DNA of 17,698 bases from Candidatus Zixiibacteriota bacterium. GTDB taxonomy: Bacteria > Zixibacteria > MSB-5A5 > UBA10806 > 4484-95. Every line of letters starts with the position of its first letter. Within the stretch, counting starts at the first letter, position 1. The stretch covers positions 17,076-34,773 of the forward strand of contig JAOZPT010000024.1 of NCBI GenBank assembly GCA_029932605.1, in the 5' to 3' direction. Under the pieces are notes generated by a model. It ran no database searches. It was not told the DNA's origin and saw only the letters and a list, made by a program, of their open reading frames with translations. This document shows, one piece after another, positions 16,673-17,698 of this stretch. Both the position numbers and the translations under genes were made by a program.

Positions 16673-17588
16673 CTCGATACGCTGGGGTATTATCCTTTTA
16701 GGAATAGGTTTAGTTTTCCTAGCGATTAATTTCGGTTACCTTGACTATTTTGTCTGGATGAGATTATTGTCATTGTGGCCGGTGCTGGTTATCGCGATAG
16801 GCCTAGAGCTGATTTTTAAAAGAACCAAGCTTCAATTTATGGCTTTATTATCACCCTTATTGCTGGCCTTGACATTTTTATATGTTTCCTCTGTTGACTG
16901 GCAGAGTGATGGATATCATTTTTATTATCGCTGGGATAATAAAGATTATGAACAGCATGTTTATCATTACAGTCTTGAGCGGGAGGATGATATTGACAAC
17001 CTTGAGGTTGATATTGATATGGGGCCCGGTTATTTCCGGGTAAGTTCCAGCGACGATGAATTGTTTGTTGGTGATTTTGAGTATCATCATGAAAAGCCAA
17101 GATGCAGGTTCGATAAATATGAGAATAAGGGCAAAATCTTTATCAAAACGAGAGACCGTGGAGGTTATTCTATTTTTAGAGGATCAAAGTATAAAAATGA
17201 TGCCAGGATTTTTATCGCGGATTATCTGCCTTTGGATATGAAGATTGATGTCGCTGCCGCTAGGTTGGAGCTTGACCTTTCCGAGCTTATAGTCAAAAAG
17301 CTTAAACTGGATACGGGAGCAGGAGATATCAAGATAAAGCTTGGTTCCCGATCGGATAAGGTCTTTTTACGGATAGACTCCGGTGCCTCGAGGATAAAGA
17401 TTATTGTCCCAGAGGAAATGGGGCTTAAGATAGATTCGGATATCGCTCTCTCATCAACAAATTTTCGCAGGATGGGTTTGGAAAAACACAGGGGCTATTA
17501 CCGTTCGGAAAATTTCTCGACCGCTGATTGCCGGGCGTTAATAGATATCGATTCCGGTGTTTCACAGATAAAAATCGACTATTATTGA
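16656..17588 (+). CDS. LiaF/LiaG-like envelope-stress protein (N-terminal DUF5668-like TMs, C-terminal toast-rack beta-solenoid-like domain)
   Basis: Overlaps pspC. WGIILLGIG...LWPVLVIAIGLEL TM region, followed by repeated beta motifs (IDMGPG, IDVAAA, LDTGAG, IDSGAS, IDSGVS) and IIVPEE. Confidence 0.8.
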   Translation: MPVKISSIRWGIILLGIGLVFLAINFGYLDYFVWMRLLSLWPVLVIAIGLELIFKRTKLQFMALLSPLLLALTFLYVSSVDWQSDGYHFYYRWDNKDYEQHVYHYSLEREDDIDNLEVDIDMGPGYFRVSSSDDELFVGDFEYHHEKPRCRFDKYENKGKIFIKTRDRGGYSIFRGSKYKNDARIFIADYLPLDMKIDVAAARLELDLSELIVKKLKLDTGAGDIKIKLGSRSDKVFLRIDSGASRIKIIVPEEMGLKIDSDIALSSTNFRRMGLEKHRGYYRSENFSTADCRALIDIDSGVSQIKIDYY

Positions 17589-17652
17589 GAATCGCCATCG
17601 CTCTAATTTTTCCTTAAATCAACAAGAAAAATCGTATAGTAGGGACCCACAG

Positions 17653-17698
17653 ATGAGATCCTTGACCAGGTTCAAACATCCCCGAACCGCAGAGTTCT
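17653..17698 (+). other. Possible start of the next CDS (MRSLTRFKHPRTAEF...), cut by the window edge
   Basis: ATG at 17653, 7 nt after AGGGA, with the frame open to the end. Too short to confirm. Confidence 0.25.

Noticed and set aside
884..17241. Short alternative-frame and minus-strand ORFs in the track (e.g. 884-1096, 4791-5198, 4801-5223, 7006-7452, 10672-10995, 14212-14622, 14601-14906)
   Set aside because: All overlap well-supported + strand genes and show no recognisable motifs. They are treated as shadow ORFs.
17641..17698. GC-richer tail as the start of an ncRNA (6S RNA or riboswitch)
   Set aside because: Only 58 nt are visible, with no diagnostic motif. A CDS start explains it equally well.

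Overview
Bacterial chromosomal window, AT-rich, with all supported genes on the + strand. The four 'NYPNPFN' T9SS-type C-terminal sorting domains (CTDs) suggest a diderm lineage in or near the FCB group (e.g. Zixibacteria/Calditrichota-like); this is an inference. Left part: four secreted CTD proteins (a 5'-truncated LVIVD-repeat protein, an S8 protease, an M14 carboxypeptidase and an M1 aminopeptidase), interrupted by a small, probably catalytically degenerate RNase HI-fold gene. Middle: holA, an ECF sigma factor and a zinc-binding anti-sigma factor. Right: a tightly packed poly-gamma-glutamate (PGA) operon, capB-capC-pgsW. It is followed directly by an uncharacterised basic secreted protein with a tandem duplicated domain, a predicted outer-membrane beta-barrel, and a pcm gene with a signal-like N-terminus. 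A pspC/liaF-like envelope-stress pair behind a SigW-like ECF promoter closes the window. The best candidate for an undescribed system is the capBC-pgsW + periplasmic protein + beta-barrel cluster, read as a trans-envelope PGA synthesis and export machine for a diderm cell. No CRISPR array, tRNA, rRNA or transposase was recognised. All calls come from reading motifs by eye; no searches were run.
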